NCBI GenBank assembly: GCA_965215565.1
Contig: CBDCDZ010000004.1
Location: 3,744,001 to 3,808,000 of the forward strand
Length of the DNA stretch: 64,000 bases
Direction of reading: 5' to 3'
Origin: Trueperaceae bacterium
GTDB lineage: Bacteria; Deinococcota; Deinococci; Deinococcales; Trueperaceae
Shown here: piece by piece, positions 1 to 10,037 of the stretch
Position numbering within the stretch: the first letter of the stretch is position 1
How the letters are laid out: every line of letters starts with the position of its first letter
The notes under the pieces: model-generated
The model's database searches: none
The model's input: only the letters and a program-made list of their open reading frames with translations
What the model was told of the DNA's origin: nothing
Position numbers and translations under genes: made by a program

Positions 1-109
1 TATCCCTCGCTCCCTCACTCTCCGAACGGCGCTACAATCTCCTCACCTCGTCGCCCTCTATAGTGGGGTATACGTAAATGTGAGAACACTTTCACTTGAA
101 GGGAAAACC

Positions 110-598
110 ATGTTAGATAAAGCGCTGAATGAATTTTTCGGGCAGGACAAGAACCGCGAGGAGGACTACCGTGACTTCGAGCGTCGCCAGCGGGAGAACC
201 CCGAGCAGGTCTCGGACCAGGAGGCGGCGCGGCGCTACCGCGAGATGATGGGCCAGATGGACGACCAGGACGAGGACGAAGAGGTGCAGCGCGAGTACGA
301 ACGCGCGTTTAGCAATCTCTCACCCCAAGAGCGGCGCGACCTAGCCGAGCGTTATATGAAGGCGACGGAGGACAGCGGACGCTCTTATCAGGGGTATGAC
401 CGGAATCACGATGTGGAGCAAGCATCCTCGCCCCGCGAGTTGGGCCGTATGACGCGCCGCGCCGCCAAGCAAGACCCTGACCTCTTGGAGCAGCTTGTCG
501 GTTCGAATAGCCCGCTGAACAGCCGCGGTGGCAAGATGGCTTTAGCTGGCTTAGCCGCTTTTGCTGCTAAGCGGTTTCTAGGCAACAAGCGACGCTAG
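110..598 (+). CDS. hypothetical charged helical protein with C-terminal amphipathic/hydrophobic tail
   Basis: ORF 80..598; ATG at 110 follows GAAGGG; C-terminus GKMALAGLAAFAAKRFL. Confidence 0.7.
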   Translation: MLDKALNEFFGQDKNREEDYRDFERRQRENPEQVSDQEAARRYREMMGQMDDQDEDEEVQREYERAFSNLSPQERRDLAERYMKATEDSGRSYQGYDRNHDVEQASSPRELGRMTRRAAKQDPDLLEQLVGSNSPLNSRGGKMALAGLAAFAAKRFLGNKRR

Positions 599-639
599 TA
601 CCCACAGAAAATGACGATAGAGCACCTGCGCAGGTGCTC

Positions 640-936
640 TTACTTTTGCTTGCTGACCCAACCTAAGAATTTCTGCACGCGCGGCTCGGCGAGAATGGCG
701 CTCAAGGTGTTGTACTCGCGCCCCAGCTCTTTCTCCGTAAAGGTGCGGTGCAGGTGCTTGTGACAGGCGCGGCAGAGCCACACGCCCCGGTGGGTCATGT
801 CACCCCGGTCGAAGCGCTTTTTGAACCACTTGTTGCTGTGGTTCGTGCGCGGGATGAGGTGGTGAAAGGTCAGCGGCTTGTCGCGCCCACACATAGCGCA
901 CGTGTTTGGCTTGTCAGGTTTAGCAGTGAGGCTCAC
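640..936 (-). CDS. small HNH-like zinc-binding endonuclease (YisB-like)
   Basis: CAMC...FHHLIP...LCRACHKHLH pattern. Confidence 0.8.
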   Translation of the reverse strand: MSLTAKPDKPNTCAMCGRDKPLTFHHLIPRTNHSNKWFKKRFDRGDMTHRGVWLCRACHKHLHRTFTEKELGREYNTLSAILAEPRVQKFLGWVSKQK

Positions 937-1060
937 AACCTCTTGATTTTACCTGTGGAAAGCCCGTTGGTGCGTCGCTCACGACGTTTCTGGCTGATAT
1001 TTTTTGGTGGTTTCGAACCGAATGCCAACGTGCGCTTCTTCCGCCATTTTCGTATGATGG

Positions 1061-1083
1061 ACAAGGGGTTTCAACCCCTTGTT
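1061..1083. repeat. REP-like palindrome, family A
   Basis: ACAAGGGGTTTCAACCCCTTGTT, identical to 42184..42206. Confidence 0.85.
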
Positions 1084-1272
1084 AGCCTCTGTATTCTTCC
1101 AGATAGAGCCCCTACTTTTTTAAGATATCGCGCGCAGTTTTCCGTACAGACTCGAGCCCTAATTCCCTTTAGAAATTATTCTTGCATGTTTCCCCGGCCT
1201 CTTTGCAATGCGGCTTTCCCAATGTCACACATGCTAGCATCGAGAAAAGCCTCGAGCTAGAAGGAGAACATC

Positions 1273-2850
1273 ATGCCACAAACAGCCGTCAAAACCTTTG
1301 CCAACCTCATCGGTGGACAAGAGGTCCCCAGCCAAGAGACTTTCGAGTCGCACAACTCATCGAATCAAAGCGACGTCGTCGGCACATTTCCCGAAGCCAC
1401 GAAAGAGCAGGTCCGCGAGGCGTGCCGGGTGGCGAAAGAGGCGTTTAAGCGCTGGTCAAAGACGCCTGCCCCGGTGCGCGGCGAACTCATCGGCACCATC
1501 GGCAAGGCGTTGGAGCGGGAAAAAGAAGCCCTGTCGCGCCTGGTCACGCGCGAGATGGGCAAGACGCTCAAGGAGGCGCGGGGCGAGGTGCAAGAAGCCA
1601 TCGACACCTGCCACTTCTTCCAGTCCGAAGGGAGGCGGTTGTACGGGCAGACCGTCCCCTCGGAGATGCCTAGTAAGGACCTCACCACCTACCGCCGACC
1701 GCTCGGCGTCGTCGGCATGGTCACGGCGGGCAACTTCCCCATCGCCGTGCCGAGTTGGAAGATCATCCCCGCGCTCGTCACGGGCAACACGGTGGTTTGG
1801 AAACCCTCGGAGGACGCGCCCGCCGTCGCGTACGCCTTTGTCAAGCTCATTCAGGAGGCGGGCATCCCCGAAGGGGTGGTCAACCTCGTTTTCGGCGGCG
1901 GTAAAGATGCGGCGGGGCAGCACCTCATCGACATGATGGACGAGGGTTACTTGGGCAAGTTCGCCTTCACGGGCTCGACTCAAGTCGGCAAGATGATTGG
2001 CGAGGTTGCGGGGCGCAACCTCTTGCATCCAACCTTGGAACTCGGCGGCAAAAATCCCCTCGTGGTGATGCGCGATGCGGACCTGGACAACGCCGTGACG
2101 GGGGCGCTCTGGGCTAGTTTTGGGACGGGCGGACAGCGCTGCACCTCGGCGGGCAACCTCATCGTGGACGCGCCCATCTACGATAACTTTAAGGAGAGAT
2201 TTTTAGCGGCGGCTAAAGAGGTCAAAATCGGCGACCCGAACAGAGTCGAAGACGTGCTCTACGGGCCTTTCATCAGCGAAAAGTTTTTCGAGCGTTGGGC
2301 GGAGCACTACACCTGGGGCGAAGAGGACGGCGCGACGCGCCTCTACGGACAGGGACGCATCACCGAAGATAATCAACCCGGGGGCTTCGTGAGCGACGCG
2401 GACAGCAGCTTCTACGGCTGGCCCACCATTTGGGAGGACGTTAAACCGGGAATGCGGCAGTTCCAGCAAGAGGTCTTCGGTCCCACCATCAACCTCGTCA
2501 AAGTGGACGGCATCGACGAGGCGATCGAGGTGGCGAACGCAGTGGATTACGGCCTGTCGTCCGCCATCTACACGAACAGCCGCGAGTGGGCGCACCGCTT
2601 CAAAGACGAGATTCAAGCGGGCATGACGAGTATCAATAACTCGACTTCGGGCGCGGAGGCGCACATGCCTTTTGGCGGCGTGAAGGGCTCGGGCAACGGC
2701 GCGCGCGAGTCAGGGATTTGGGTTTTGGACTCGTACACCTATTGGCACGGCGTCAACGATGATATTTCAGGCGAGTTGCAACTCGCGCAGATGGACACGG
2801 CGTATATCGAGCCGCAAGGCGAGGTGAAAGTCGAGAAGCTGTTCGGTTGA
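1273..2850 (+). CDS. aldehyde dehydrogenase family protein
   Basis: AAGGAG RBS; motifs FTGST, TLELGGKNP, GQRCTS (catalytic Cys), EVFGP, PFGGVKGSG. Confidence 0.95.
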   Translation: MPQTAVKTFANLIGGQEVPSQETFESHNSSNQSDVVGTFPEATKEQVREACRVAKEAFKRWSKTPAPVRGELIGTIGKALEREKEALSRLVTREMGKTLKEARGEVQEAIDTCHFFQSEGRRLYGQTVPSEMPSKDLTTYRRPLGVVGMVTAGNFPIAVPSWKIIPALVTGNTVVWKPSEDAPAVAYAFVKLIQEAGIPEGVVNLVFGGGKDAAGQHLIDMMDEGYLGKFAFTGSTQVGKMIGEVAGRNLLHPTLELGGKNPLVVMRDADLDNAVTGALWASFGTGGQRCTSAGNLIVDAPIYDNFKERFLAAAKEVKIGDPNRVEDVLYGPFISEKFFERWAEHYTWGEEDGATRLYGQGRITEDNQPGGFVSDADSSFYGWPTIWEDVKPGMRQFQQEVFGPTINLVKVDGIDEAIEVANAVDYGLSSAIYTNSREWAHRFKDEIQAGMTSINNSTSGAEAHMPFGGVKGSGNGARESGIWVLDSYTYWHGVNDDISGELQLAQMDTAYIEPQGEVKVEKLFG

Positions 2851-2892
2851 GCGTTAGCCGCCGCAACTGAATAACTGGGATGGAGCGCGTGG

Positions 2893-2922
2893 CGTAGGGG
2901 AGATTTGTGAATCTCTCCTACG
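2893..2922. repeat. GTAG-type REP-like hairpin
   Basis: CGTAGGGGAGATTTGTGAATCTCTCCTACG; related to 29711..29751. Confidence 0.6.
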
Positions 2923-3017
2923 AAACGTCGTGTATCTGTTTATAAGATTTGAAGGGACATTTTCATCTGGCTTGCATGTTGTCCTCTTGCCTAAAATGTT
3001 TCGACAGGAGGCAAACT

Positions 3018-3590
3018 ATGACCGTAGCGACGACGAAGCCAGGCAAGCCGAGCTTAGGGTCCTTTCGAGAGCAACTCCGCAACATCGAGGAGGACACGAA
3101 AGACCTCTGTGCTGATCTGACGCCTGAGCAGCTTACGCGGCAACCTCTTTCTGGCGGTTGGTCCGTCCAGGAATGTCTGGTGCACCTCAACGTTACGGGC
3201 GAGCTTTATCTGGCGAAGATGGAGCCCGTCCTCGAGGCCTCCAGAGCGAGAGGTGAAAAAGGGCAAGCCCCTCTTCGCTACGGACTTCTGGGTGGACCTT
3301 TTATCCGCTCGCAGGAGCCGCCCGTTCACTTCAAAGCGAAAGCCCCCGAGGTCTTTCGTCCTGTCCAGACTCCAGATGAATCGGTTTTACCGAACTTTCT
3401 TGCGTTCCAAGAGAGCGTGCGTGACCTCTTGGTACGGGCTGAGGGCTTACCGCTTACGAAGTTGAGCGTCACCTCGCCTGCAAGCAAGTGGCTTAAACTC
3501 AGCGTTTTCGAAGCGTTCGGCTTGCTGCTCGCGCACGAACGGCGGCACCTGTGGCAAGCGCGGAGGGTCAAAAGCGAACTCGTTCCATGA
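3018..3590 (+). CDS. DinB family protein
   Basis: AGGAGG RBS before ATG 3018; WSVQECLVHL and HERRHLWQ motifs. Confidence 0.88.
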   Translation: MTVATTKPGKPSLGSFREQLRNIEEDTKDLCADLTPEQLTRQPLSGGWSVQECLVHLNVTGELYLAKMEPVLEASRARGEKGQAPLRYGLLGGPFIRSQEPPVHFKAKAPEVFRPVQTPDESVLPNFLAFQESVRDLLVRAEGLPLTKLSVTSPASKWLKLSVFEAFGLLLAHERRHLWQARRVKSELVP

Positions 3591-3682
3591 AGTTTCGTTT
3601 AGCTCCTTTAGAGAGGTTTATTAGAGAGGTGCGTCATACTCCGGGTTAGCGTAGGTCATCCCAACCTCAGAAGGAGTCATCC

Positions 3683-4378
3683 ATGAAACCTCTTATCTTA
3701 GCCAGCCTTTTAACCCTGTTCGGCGCACTTGCGTGGGCGCAAGACGGACTGGGCGAAAGTACCATCGCCGTTACCGGTACGGGTACGGTCTACGCCGAGC
3801 CTGACCGAGCGATGTTCGACGTAGGCGTGAGCGCCTTTCAAACGGATGTCACCCAAGCGAGCGACGAGGTCAGCGACAAGGTCACGCAGGTTATCGCAAC
3901 ATTAGAGGCGCTAGGCGTTGCTGAAAGGGATATCCGCACGGTGGACATCAGCATCTTTCCCGAGCAGAATTACAACCGCGAGGGCGAACTTACCGGTACG
4001 CGCTTTCGCGTCGCGAACCGCCTGCGCGTCACCGTGCAGGACACCGAGCAACTCAGCACGCTCTTAGGGCGGAGCGTTCAGGCGGGCGCGAACGAGGTGA
4101 GCAACGTTCGCTATACGTTTGCCGACCCTAAAACTTTGGAGGACGAAGCGAGGGCGCAGGCGATGAGCGCGGCACGTGACAAAGCGGAGCAACTCGCGAG
4201 TTTGGCGGGCGTACAACTGGGCGTAGTCCAGCGTATCGTGGAGCAAGGCGGTGGCTCACAGCCCTTCCCCCAACAGACGCGCATGATGGCGGCGGAAGCG
4301 GACAGTAGCGTGCCCGTCTCGGCGGGGCAGCTCTCGGTGAGCGTCTCTTTGAGCGTCAACTACGCGATCACGCCGTAA
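3683..4378 (+). CDS. SIMPL/DUF541 family periplasmic protein
   Basis: signal peptide; VTGTGTVYAEPD, AMSAARDKAEQLA, PVSAGQLSVSVSLSVNY. Confidence 0.9.
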   Translation: MKPLILASLLTLFGALAWAQDGLGESTIAVTGTGTVYAEPDRAMFDVGVSAFQTDVTQASDEVSDKVTQVIATLEALGVAERDIRTVDISIFPEQNYNREGELTGTRFRVANRLRVTVQDTEQLSTLLGRSVQAGANEVSNVRYTFADPKTLEDEARAQAMSAARDKAEQLASLAGVQLGVVQRIVEQGGGSQPFPQQTRMMAAEADSSVPVSAGQLSVSVSLSVNYAITP

Positions 4379-4402
4379 GCAGCGCGTGTTAAGTTAGCAG
4401 CT

Positions 4403-4987
4403 ATGCCCGAAGAGGTCCTCTGTTTGCCTGTTGCACATTTGCCCGAGCCGAGCCCCGACGTGCTACCTCTTAGCGAAGCGCTCTACGAATTCATCGCCAC
4501 AAGGGGCGAATTCAGAGCGCGAGACGCCGTGGAAACGGACGAGACCTACCGCCAGATCATCCCTTATGCGGTGCTCGAGCGAGAGGACCGCGTCTTCTTG
4601 GTCGAGCGGCTCAAAGCCGGCTCCGAGGCGCGGCTCCACAACCGCCTGTCGATCGGGCTTGGCGGGCATATCAACGCCGCCGACGCCTCAGCTACTTATG
4701 CGAACGCGCGAGACCTGCTCGAGGGCGCGCTGACCCGCGAACTCCGCGAAGAGGTCTACATCCGCGCCTTTTTCGCTCATGCGGTAGGGCTCATTCACCG
4801 CGCCGAAACTCCCGTCGAACGAGTTCACACCGGCATTTTGTACCGCGTCAAGACGCCTGGCGAGGTCCGCGTGCGCGAGACGCACAAGCTTGCGGGCGAC
4901 TTCGTGGCGTGGGAAGAGGTCGAGCGGGTCTCGGAGCGGCTCGAGCGGTGGTCGCAGACGGCGCTCAAATTCTTACGCAGGGGTTAG
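4403..4987 (+). CDS. NUDIX-type phosphoesterase (COG4112-like)
   Basis: ETDETYRQIIPY, SIGLGGHIN, RELREEV, VERVHTG. Confidence 0.85.
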   Translation: MPEEVLCLPVAHLPEPSPDVLPLSEALYEFIATRGEFRARDAVETDETYRQIIPYAVLEREDRVFLVERLKAGSEARLHNRLSIGLGGHINAADASATYANARDLLEGALTRELREEVYIRAFFAHAVGLIHRAETPVERVHTGILYRVKTPGEVRVRETHKLAGDFVAWEEVERVSERLERWSQTALKFLRRG

Positions 4988-5024
4988 TGACGCGAAAGAC
5001 GTTCGCTAAGTGTGGGCGTCCGTA

Positions 5025-5681
5025 TTAACTAAACGCTTCGTCCTCGAAAAGCCCGTGCATAAAGAGGTGTAAAACCGCCTGTATAACCCGTTCATCCTCG
5101 CTTGCGGGCTCCTCCGCGATGCGCCAAAAGAGCCCGTTGAGAAGCCGCGCCGTCGTCTCGACGTCCACCTCTTGCCGCGCCCCTGGAAGTGTGAGCGCCG
5201 AGCGCAACACGAACTCGACGCGCTTGGCGGTCCACGTTTGAATACGCCCGTCAAGCGCCGCGAGTTCAGTGTCGCTGAGCGCCACCTCGCGCCACGCCCG
5301 GTATGCGCCCGCGTAGGTGCGGTCTGCGCTGAGCCCACTTCGGAGCGCAGCCTCTAATACCTCTTGTGGCTCATCTGCGCTGAGGTCTAAGTTGAGCGTC
5401 TCGAGTTCCCTCAACAAGCTATCCATCAAGACGAGAAGAAGCTGCCGCTTCGAGCGGAAGTGCTGATAGAACGTGCCCGCCGCTGCGTCCGCTCCCTGGG
5501 CGACATCAGCAATGCTCGTCCTCTCGAAGCCGCGCTCCGCGAAGAGGGCTAAGGCGGCGTTTAGAAGGGCGTCTCGGGTGCGGCGACTCCGCGCTTGCTG
5601 CGGAGCGGCGGGCACGTCCTCGTTTGCTAAGAGGTCGGGGCGGGTCAGCTCAGGTGAGGACGGGTTGAGGGATAGTGTCAT
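5025..5681 (-). CDS. TetR/AcrR family transcriptional regulator
   Basis: HTH LFAERGFERTSIADVAQGADAAAGTFYQHF; ATG 5681 overlaps the hydrolase end. Confidence 0.92.
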   Translation of the reverse strand: MTLSLNPSSPELTRPDLLANEDVPAAPQQARSRRTRDALLNAALALFAERGFERTSIADVAQGADAAAGTFYQHFRSKRQLLLVLMDSLLRELETLNLDLSADEPQEVLEAALRSGLSADRTYAGAYRAWREVALSDTELAALDGRIQTWTAKRVEFVLRSALTLPGARQEVDVETTARLLNGLFWRIAEEPASEDERVIQAVLHLFMHGLFEDEAFS

Positions 5682-6507
5682 TGACAAACAGTGTAATCGA
5701 CTCGGTGAGAATTTCTGGCTGGTCCTCGGACACGAACGTTCTGGAATTTGCAACGCGCTCTAAGCGGGCATTAGGAAAAGCGTCTGCTAGGCGCTCACCG
5801 AACACGAAGAGCCTGTCGTCTTGTCCCCAAACTACTAAGACGGGTTTATGAAATTCGGAGAAGCGCTCCGCAGCTTCTAGGGTGTAGCGGTTGGAAACCC
5901 CAAGCGCTACTTTTTTAGCGTCTCGCCTTATCTCGGGGCTGTGGATGTAGCCCTCGAAATAGCTCTCTGCGACGTGGGGCTCGAGCTTTGCGTGAGCGAG
6001 CAAGGCGTAGAGGAGGTTCTGAACGGAGCGAAACCGCGCGGCGAAGCCGAGCAGTGACGCGCCACCAGGTATCTGAAAAAGAGCGATGAACGGCTTTAGA
6101 AGGGGCGGGACGAAGTGTTCGAAGGCGTCGCAGTTGGTCAGTACGAGGCTACCTACCCGTTCGGGGTAGTGCACTGCGACGAGCTGGGTGAACGCACCAC
6201 CTGTATCGCACGCAATGACGGTGACATCCATAAGGTTAAGCGCCGCCATGAAGTCGTCTATAAGCTGTGCGACGCCTAAGGGGGTAAGGTCGGCGTCCTG
6301 GTGTATAGGCTTAGTGTGTCCCCCGAGAGGTAGAGTCAGCACGACGCACCGGAAGTGCTCGGAGAGTGGGGGGTAGACCTTGCGCCACATCTCACCGTTG
6401 ACCAGAAAGCCGTGGATGAAGAGAAGGGGTGGACCTGCGCCCATGTCTCTATACTGAATAGGACCTTGGGGAAGCTGGACGGTGCGTAGGCTCGCATCTG
6501 CTGTCAT
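5650..6507 (-). CDS. alpha/beta hydrolase
   Basis: LLFIHGF oxyanion loop, ACDTGG nucleophile elbow (Asp type), VVWGQDD; AAGGAG RBS. Confidence 0.92.
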   Translation of the reverse strand: MTADASLRTVQLPQGPIQYRDMGAGPPLLFIHGFLVNGEMWRKVYPPLSEHFRCVVLTLPLGGHTKPIHQDADLTPLGVAQLIDDFMAALNLMDVTVIACDTGGAFTQLVAVHYPERVGSLVLTNCDAFEHFVPPLLKPFIALFQIPGGASLLGFAARFRSVQNLLYALLAHAKLEPHVAESYFEGYIHSPEIRRDAKKVALGVSNRYTLEAAERFSEFHKPVLVVWGQDDRLFVFGERLADAFPNARLERVANSRTFVSEDQPEILTESITLFVNDTIPQPVLT

Positions 6508-6528
6508 CCTATACTCCTTTCTCGTTTC

Positions 6529-6572
6529 CGAATTCGCATTCGTATTTTAGAGAAATAGAGATAAAAAGTCAA
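6529..6572 (-). promoter_or_regulatory. sigma70-type promoter for hydrolase-tetR with adjacent palindrome (candidate TetR operator)
   Basis: minus strand TTGACT-N17-TAAAAT (6572..6544); CGAAT-N4-ATTCG at 6529..6542. Confidence 0.65.
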
Positions 6573-6646
6573 CCTGAAGGGTTCGCGCCGCCGCCATCGC
6601 CTGATCTTACTAGCCACCGACTAGGTCCGCGCGGTAGGCTAACCTT

Positions 6647-7807
6647 ATGACGCTCACGCCCGGCACGCGCTACGCGCTCACGGAAGAAACGCAAAGAAGG
6701 TTAGACGTCACGGCGCGGCTGCGCCACCTCTTCACGAGTTGGGGTTACGCGGCGGTGGACGTGCCCGTCTTAGAGCCCTATGACCCCACGCACCCCGCCG
6801 CCGAGAGCGCCTTTAAGCTGGGCGGTTTGGAAGGCGACTTGCTCGCGCTGCGCGCCGACTTCACCCCAGCCATCGCGCGCTTAGTCAAGCTGCACTACCC
6901 CGAGGTGACTTCTGGAATGCCGGGGCGCTTCCAGTATTGCGGGCGGCTCTGGCGGACCGTCGTCCCTGACATCGCCCGCACCCGCGAATTCACCGAAGTC
7001 GGCGTCGAACTCGTCGGCGTCTCGAGCCCGAAAGCGGACGCCGAACTCGTCCATCTGGCGCGGGAAGCGGTGCGTGAGGTGGGCTTAGCGCCCCGCGTGG
7101 AGGTAGGCAACCCCGGCTTCGTGCGCCGCCTCTTCGACCTCGCGGAGATTCCGCCTGGTGAGCGTGACGCGCTCGCGAGCGCGATCGACCGCAAAGACGT
7201 GGCGACGCTGCGGACGCTTTTAGAGGCTCACGCCCTGAATCCTGAGTTACGAGCCGCGCTTATGGGCGTGCCTGACCTCTACGGCGACGTGAGTATTCTA
7301 GGGGAGGCGAAGCGGCTCGCGCCTTGGCGGGAGATGAGCGAAGAACTGGCGCGTTTAGAGGTCATTCTGAGCGAGTTCGAGGACGACAGCGAACTCCTCT
7401 TAGACTTAGGCATGGCGCGGCGTCTGAGTTATTACACGGGCGTGACCTTTCGCGCGTACACCTTTGATTTCGGGCAACCGCTGCTGGGCGGCGGACGCTA
7501 CGACGGGGCGCTCCTGCCCTACGCGGCGGGCTTCGCCATCGGGCTGGAGCGCCTGCTGAACGCGGCGCTGGGTGACGCCGCGAAGGTGACGCCGCTCGTA
7601 CTGAGTGTAGACGACGACGCCTCGCGGCACCTCCGCGCGCGCGGCTACAGCGTCGAGCGCGCGCTGGTGCCCGATATGGGCGCGCTCAGGCGCTACGCCC
7701 GCGCGCGCGGTATCCCTTACCTCTTGAGCGCGTCCGGCTTGGAGCCGCTGACGGCGGAGCGCCCCTTTTATGAGGCGTTACAGGGATTGCTCGAGGTGCC
7801 CGCGTGA
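6647..7807 (+). CDS. hisZ: ATP phosphoribosyltransferase regulatory subunit
   Basis: [38 protein letters not shown]; coupled to short hisG. Confidence 0.95.
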   Translation: MTLTPGTRYALTEETQRRLDVTARLRHLFTSWGYAAVDVPVLEPYDPTHPAAESAFKLGGLEGDLLALRADFTPAIARLVKLHYPEVTSGMPGRFQYCGRLWRTVVPDIARTREFTEVGVELVGVSSPKADAELVHLAREAVREVGLAPRVEVGNPGFVRRLFDLAEIPPGERDALASAIDRKDVATLRTLLEAHALNPELRAALMGVPDLYGDVSILGEAKRLAPWREMSEELARLEVILSEFEDDSELLLDLGMARRLSYYTGVTFRAYTFDFGQPLLGGGRYDGALLPYAAGFAIGLERLLNAALGDAAKVTPLVLSVDDDASRHLRARGYSVERALVPDMGALRRYARARGIPYLLSASGLEPLTAERPFYEALQGLLEVPA

Positions 7808-8430
7808 GCACGGGCGCGCACAAGCTGACGCTCGCGCTACCTAAGGGGAGGGTCATGGAGGAGAGCCTGCGCGTTCTGCGCGCGGCGGGGTTGGACGTGC
7901 GGATCGGGAACAGAGGGCGCGCCCTCCGGCACGACGCGGGCGACGCCTTCATCACCGAAATGCGCAACACGGACGTGCCGACGTACGTCGATTTAGGCGT
8001 GGCGGACGCGGGCATCGTCGGCAAAGACGTGCTCTTAGAGTCCGGGCGCGACGTGTACGAGCCGGTGGACTTGGGCTTCGCGGCGTGCCGCTTGTCGCTC
8101 ATCCGCCCGAACGGTGAAACGCACAAACTCCGCCGCGTGGCGAGCAAGTATCCCGCGACGGCGCAGGCGTATCTGCGGCGTCAGGGTGAGAGCGCTGAAG
8201 TCATTAAGCTCGCGGGCAACGTCGAGCTGGCGTGCTTGACGGGCTTGGCGGACGCGGTTATCGATATCGTCGAAACAGGGGGGACGCTGCGGGCGAATGG
8301 GCTTGGAGAGGTCGAGACGATCCTCCACTCGTCTGCGCGCTTCGTGGTGAACCGCGCCGCCCTGAAGCTCAAGGCGGACACCTTAAAGCCGCTTATCGCG
8401 GCGCTAAGAGAGGTTGCGGCGGCGGTTTAG
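7804..8430 (+). CDS. hisG: ATP phosphoribosyltransferase, short form
   Basis: [35 protein letters not shown] overlap with hisZ. Confidence 0.96.
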   Translation: MSTGAHKLTLALPKGRVMEESLRVLRAAGLDVRIGNRGRALRHDAGDAFITEMRNTDVPTYVDLGVADAGIVGKDVLLESGRDVYEPVDLGFAACRLSLIRPNGETHKLRRVASKYPATAQAYLRRQGESAEVIKLAGNVELACLTGLADAVIDIVETGGTLRANGLGEVETILHSSARFVVNRAALKLKADTLKPLIAALREVAAAV

Positions 8431-8432
8431 GC

Positions 8433-9590
8433 TCAGCGCTCCGTCTTGCGGATGAGGCTCTCCGCCTCGAGCTTCTCCACGTGCGCTCTCAAGTCGCTCG
8501 GCTCCACGCTGAGCGAGCGGGCGACGTCCGCCACCGTGGAGCGGCGGGCGAGTTGCGTCAGGGTCTGCCGCCCGGTGCGTCCGAACTCGCGCTCGAAACG
8601 CATGGCGAGTTCGGTCATGGGGTTTAGGGCGTCGCGCCCGCGCAGCGTGAGATAGTAGCGCTGCTCCTCCCAGCCCGGCGGCTCGCTCGGCAGATGCAAA
8701 CCGGGCGCGCTGTAGGCGGGCGCGTAGAAGCCCAAATCGTTTCGTAACACTTCGGCGGTGTGGGCGATGAAGAGGGTGGGGAGACCCGCGCTGTAGTAGG
8801 TGTAGCCCACCGAGGACACCTCGACGCCGCTACGCTGCTCGCCTACGTCGGTTCGGTCTCCACTTTCGGTTCCTTGCGCCATCCCAAGGAGGCTGGCGCA
8901 AAGCAGCGGTGGCAGGGCGCGCAGCTCGAGCCACGCCTCGCCCTTATCCTCCCTAAGCTGCGCGAACCGCTGGTCAGAAAGCTGCAACGTCGCCCTGAGC
9001 GCACCACTCCCCCAAGAGGTAGCCGTCTCCGTCTTCTTCCCCTCAGCATCTCTATAAGCCTCATGAAACGCCGCGCCGATGCGCCCGCTGAAGAAGAGCA
9101 TGACGCCCTCTTGACGTTCTTGCTCCTGGGTCCTAACCGCGAGCGTGCCGGTGAAGCGCTCCTGGGCGAGCCGCGCGACGAGGGCTCTAAGGTCTGTGTC
9201 GTGAAGGCTCAGCCGTTGGCTGCCGAGCGCGGGCAGCGCGCGGAGCACGGCGCTGTTGCTGCGAGGGAAGTGGCTGCCGAACTGCGGGAGCGTATTAGTT
9301 TCTACGCGGTGGGCGTAGAAGGTAAAGGAGAGGTCCGAGGCGCTCAGCTCGAGCGTCTCACCGAGCGCGAAGCTGCGGTGCTGCCCGCTGTCCCAAAGCC
9401 CCAACCAGTGGCGCGTATCGTGAGGGGTGTCGGAGGTGAACTGCTCGAGCAGCAAGGTCCCCGACGCCCGCATCATCTCCAACGCTTGCAGCGCCCCGTA
9501 GCCCGACTGGTTCCCGAGCGAGCCGCGTACAGGTCCGTTCGACTCCCCGTTCGATCCCCTATTCAACCCCCTGGTCAACACTGTCACCAA
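8433..9590 (-). CDS. hypothetical protein with C-terminal winged-helix-like segment
   Basis: long ORF co-oriented with NUDIX/amidase; ERFTGTL motif; C-terminal TVADVARSLSVEPSDLRAHVEKLEAESLI; start uncertain. Confidence 0.7.
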   Translation of the reverse strand: MVTVLTRGLNRGSNGESNGPVRGSLGNQSGYGALQALEMMRASGTLLLEQFTSDTPHDTRHWLGLWDSGQHRSFALGETLELSASDLSFTFYAHRVETNTLPQFGSHFPRSNSAVLRALPALGSQRLSLHDTDLRALVARLAQERFTGTLAVRTQEQERQEGVMLFFSGRIGAAFHEAYRDAEGKKTETATSWGSGALRATLQLSDQRFAQLREDKGEAWLELRALPPLLCASLLGMAQGTESGDRTDVGEQRSGVEVSSVGYTYYSAGLPTLFIAHTAEVLRNDLGFYAPAYSAPGLHLPSEPPGWEEQRYYLTLRGRDALNPMTELAMRFEREFGRTGRQTLTQLARRSTVADVARSLSVEPSDLRAHVEKLEAESLIRKTER

Positions 9591-9617
9591 GTCCTCAACC
9601 TTTCCATGCGCACGCCT

Positions 9618-10025
9618 CTACGCCTCTCCCTGCAAAAACGCCTCTAACATCTTTTTATCTTCCTCGAAGCTGAGTTGCGCGAGCGCCCGCTTCGGCGCGA
9701 AGAAGTCGCCCTCCTGAAAGAGCGCCTCGCGTAAGGTAGGCTTGGGTGCGTCCGTACGGAGCGCGAAATAGGTGATCTCTCTAAGTTCGCCTCGGTTGTT
9801 GTGGTAGCGCGTCGTGTGGGTTCTGCTCTCGTCGGGGCACGTCGCGACGACGCCCCCTTCCTCTTCGACCTCGCGCAGCGCCGCCTCTAAGGGGGTCTCG
9901 CCAGGTTCGATGTGCCCTTTCGGAAAGACCCAACTGCCGCTCTTGTGTTTGAGCAGGAGCACGTCGCCCTGCGCGTTGCGCACTACGCCACCCGCTCCCG
10001 GCGTCGCTGATGAAGATTCTGACAC
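9618..10025 (-). CDS. NUDIX hydrolase (Ap4A-hydrolase-like)
   Basis: Nudix box GHIEPGETPLEAALREVEEEGGV; GGAGG RBS. Confidence 0.92.
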   Translation of the reverse strand: MSESSSATPGAGGVVRNAQGDVLLLKHKSGSWVFPKGHIEPGETPLEAALREVEEEGGVVATCPDESRTHTTRYHNNRGELREITYFALRTDAPKPTLREALFQEGDFFAPKRALAQLSFEEDKKMLEAFLQGEA

Positions 10026-10037
10026 CGCTTGCCTCCC

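Noticed and set aside
748..1260. 170-aa plus-strand ORF
   Set aside because: Overlaps the HNH gene antisense and crosses a REP (DKGFQPLV); no recognisable motifs.
8760..9647. 295-aa plus-strand ORF and similar long shadow ORFs (23559..24395, 57904..58734, 47171..47788)
   Set aside because: Antisense or alternate-frame shadows of well-supported genes in GC-rich DNA.
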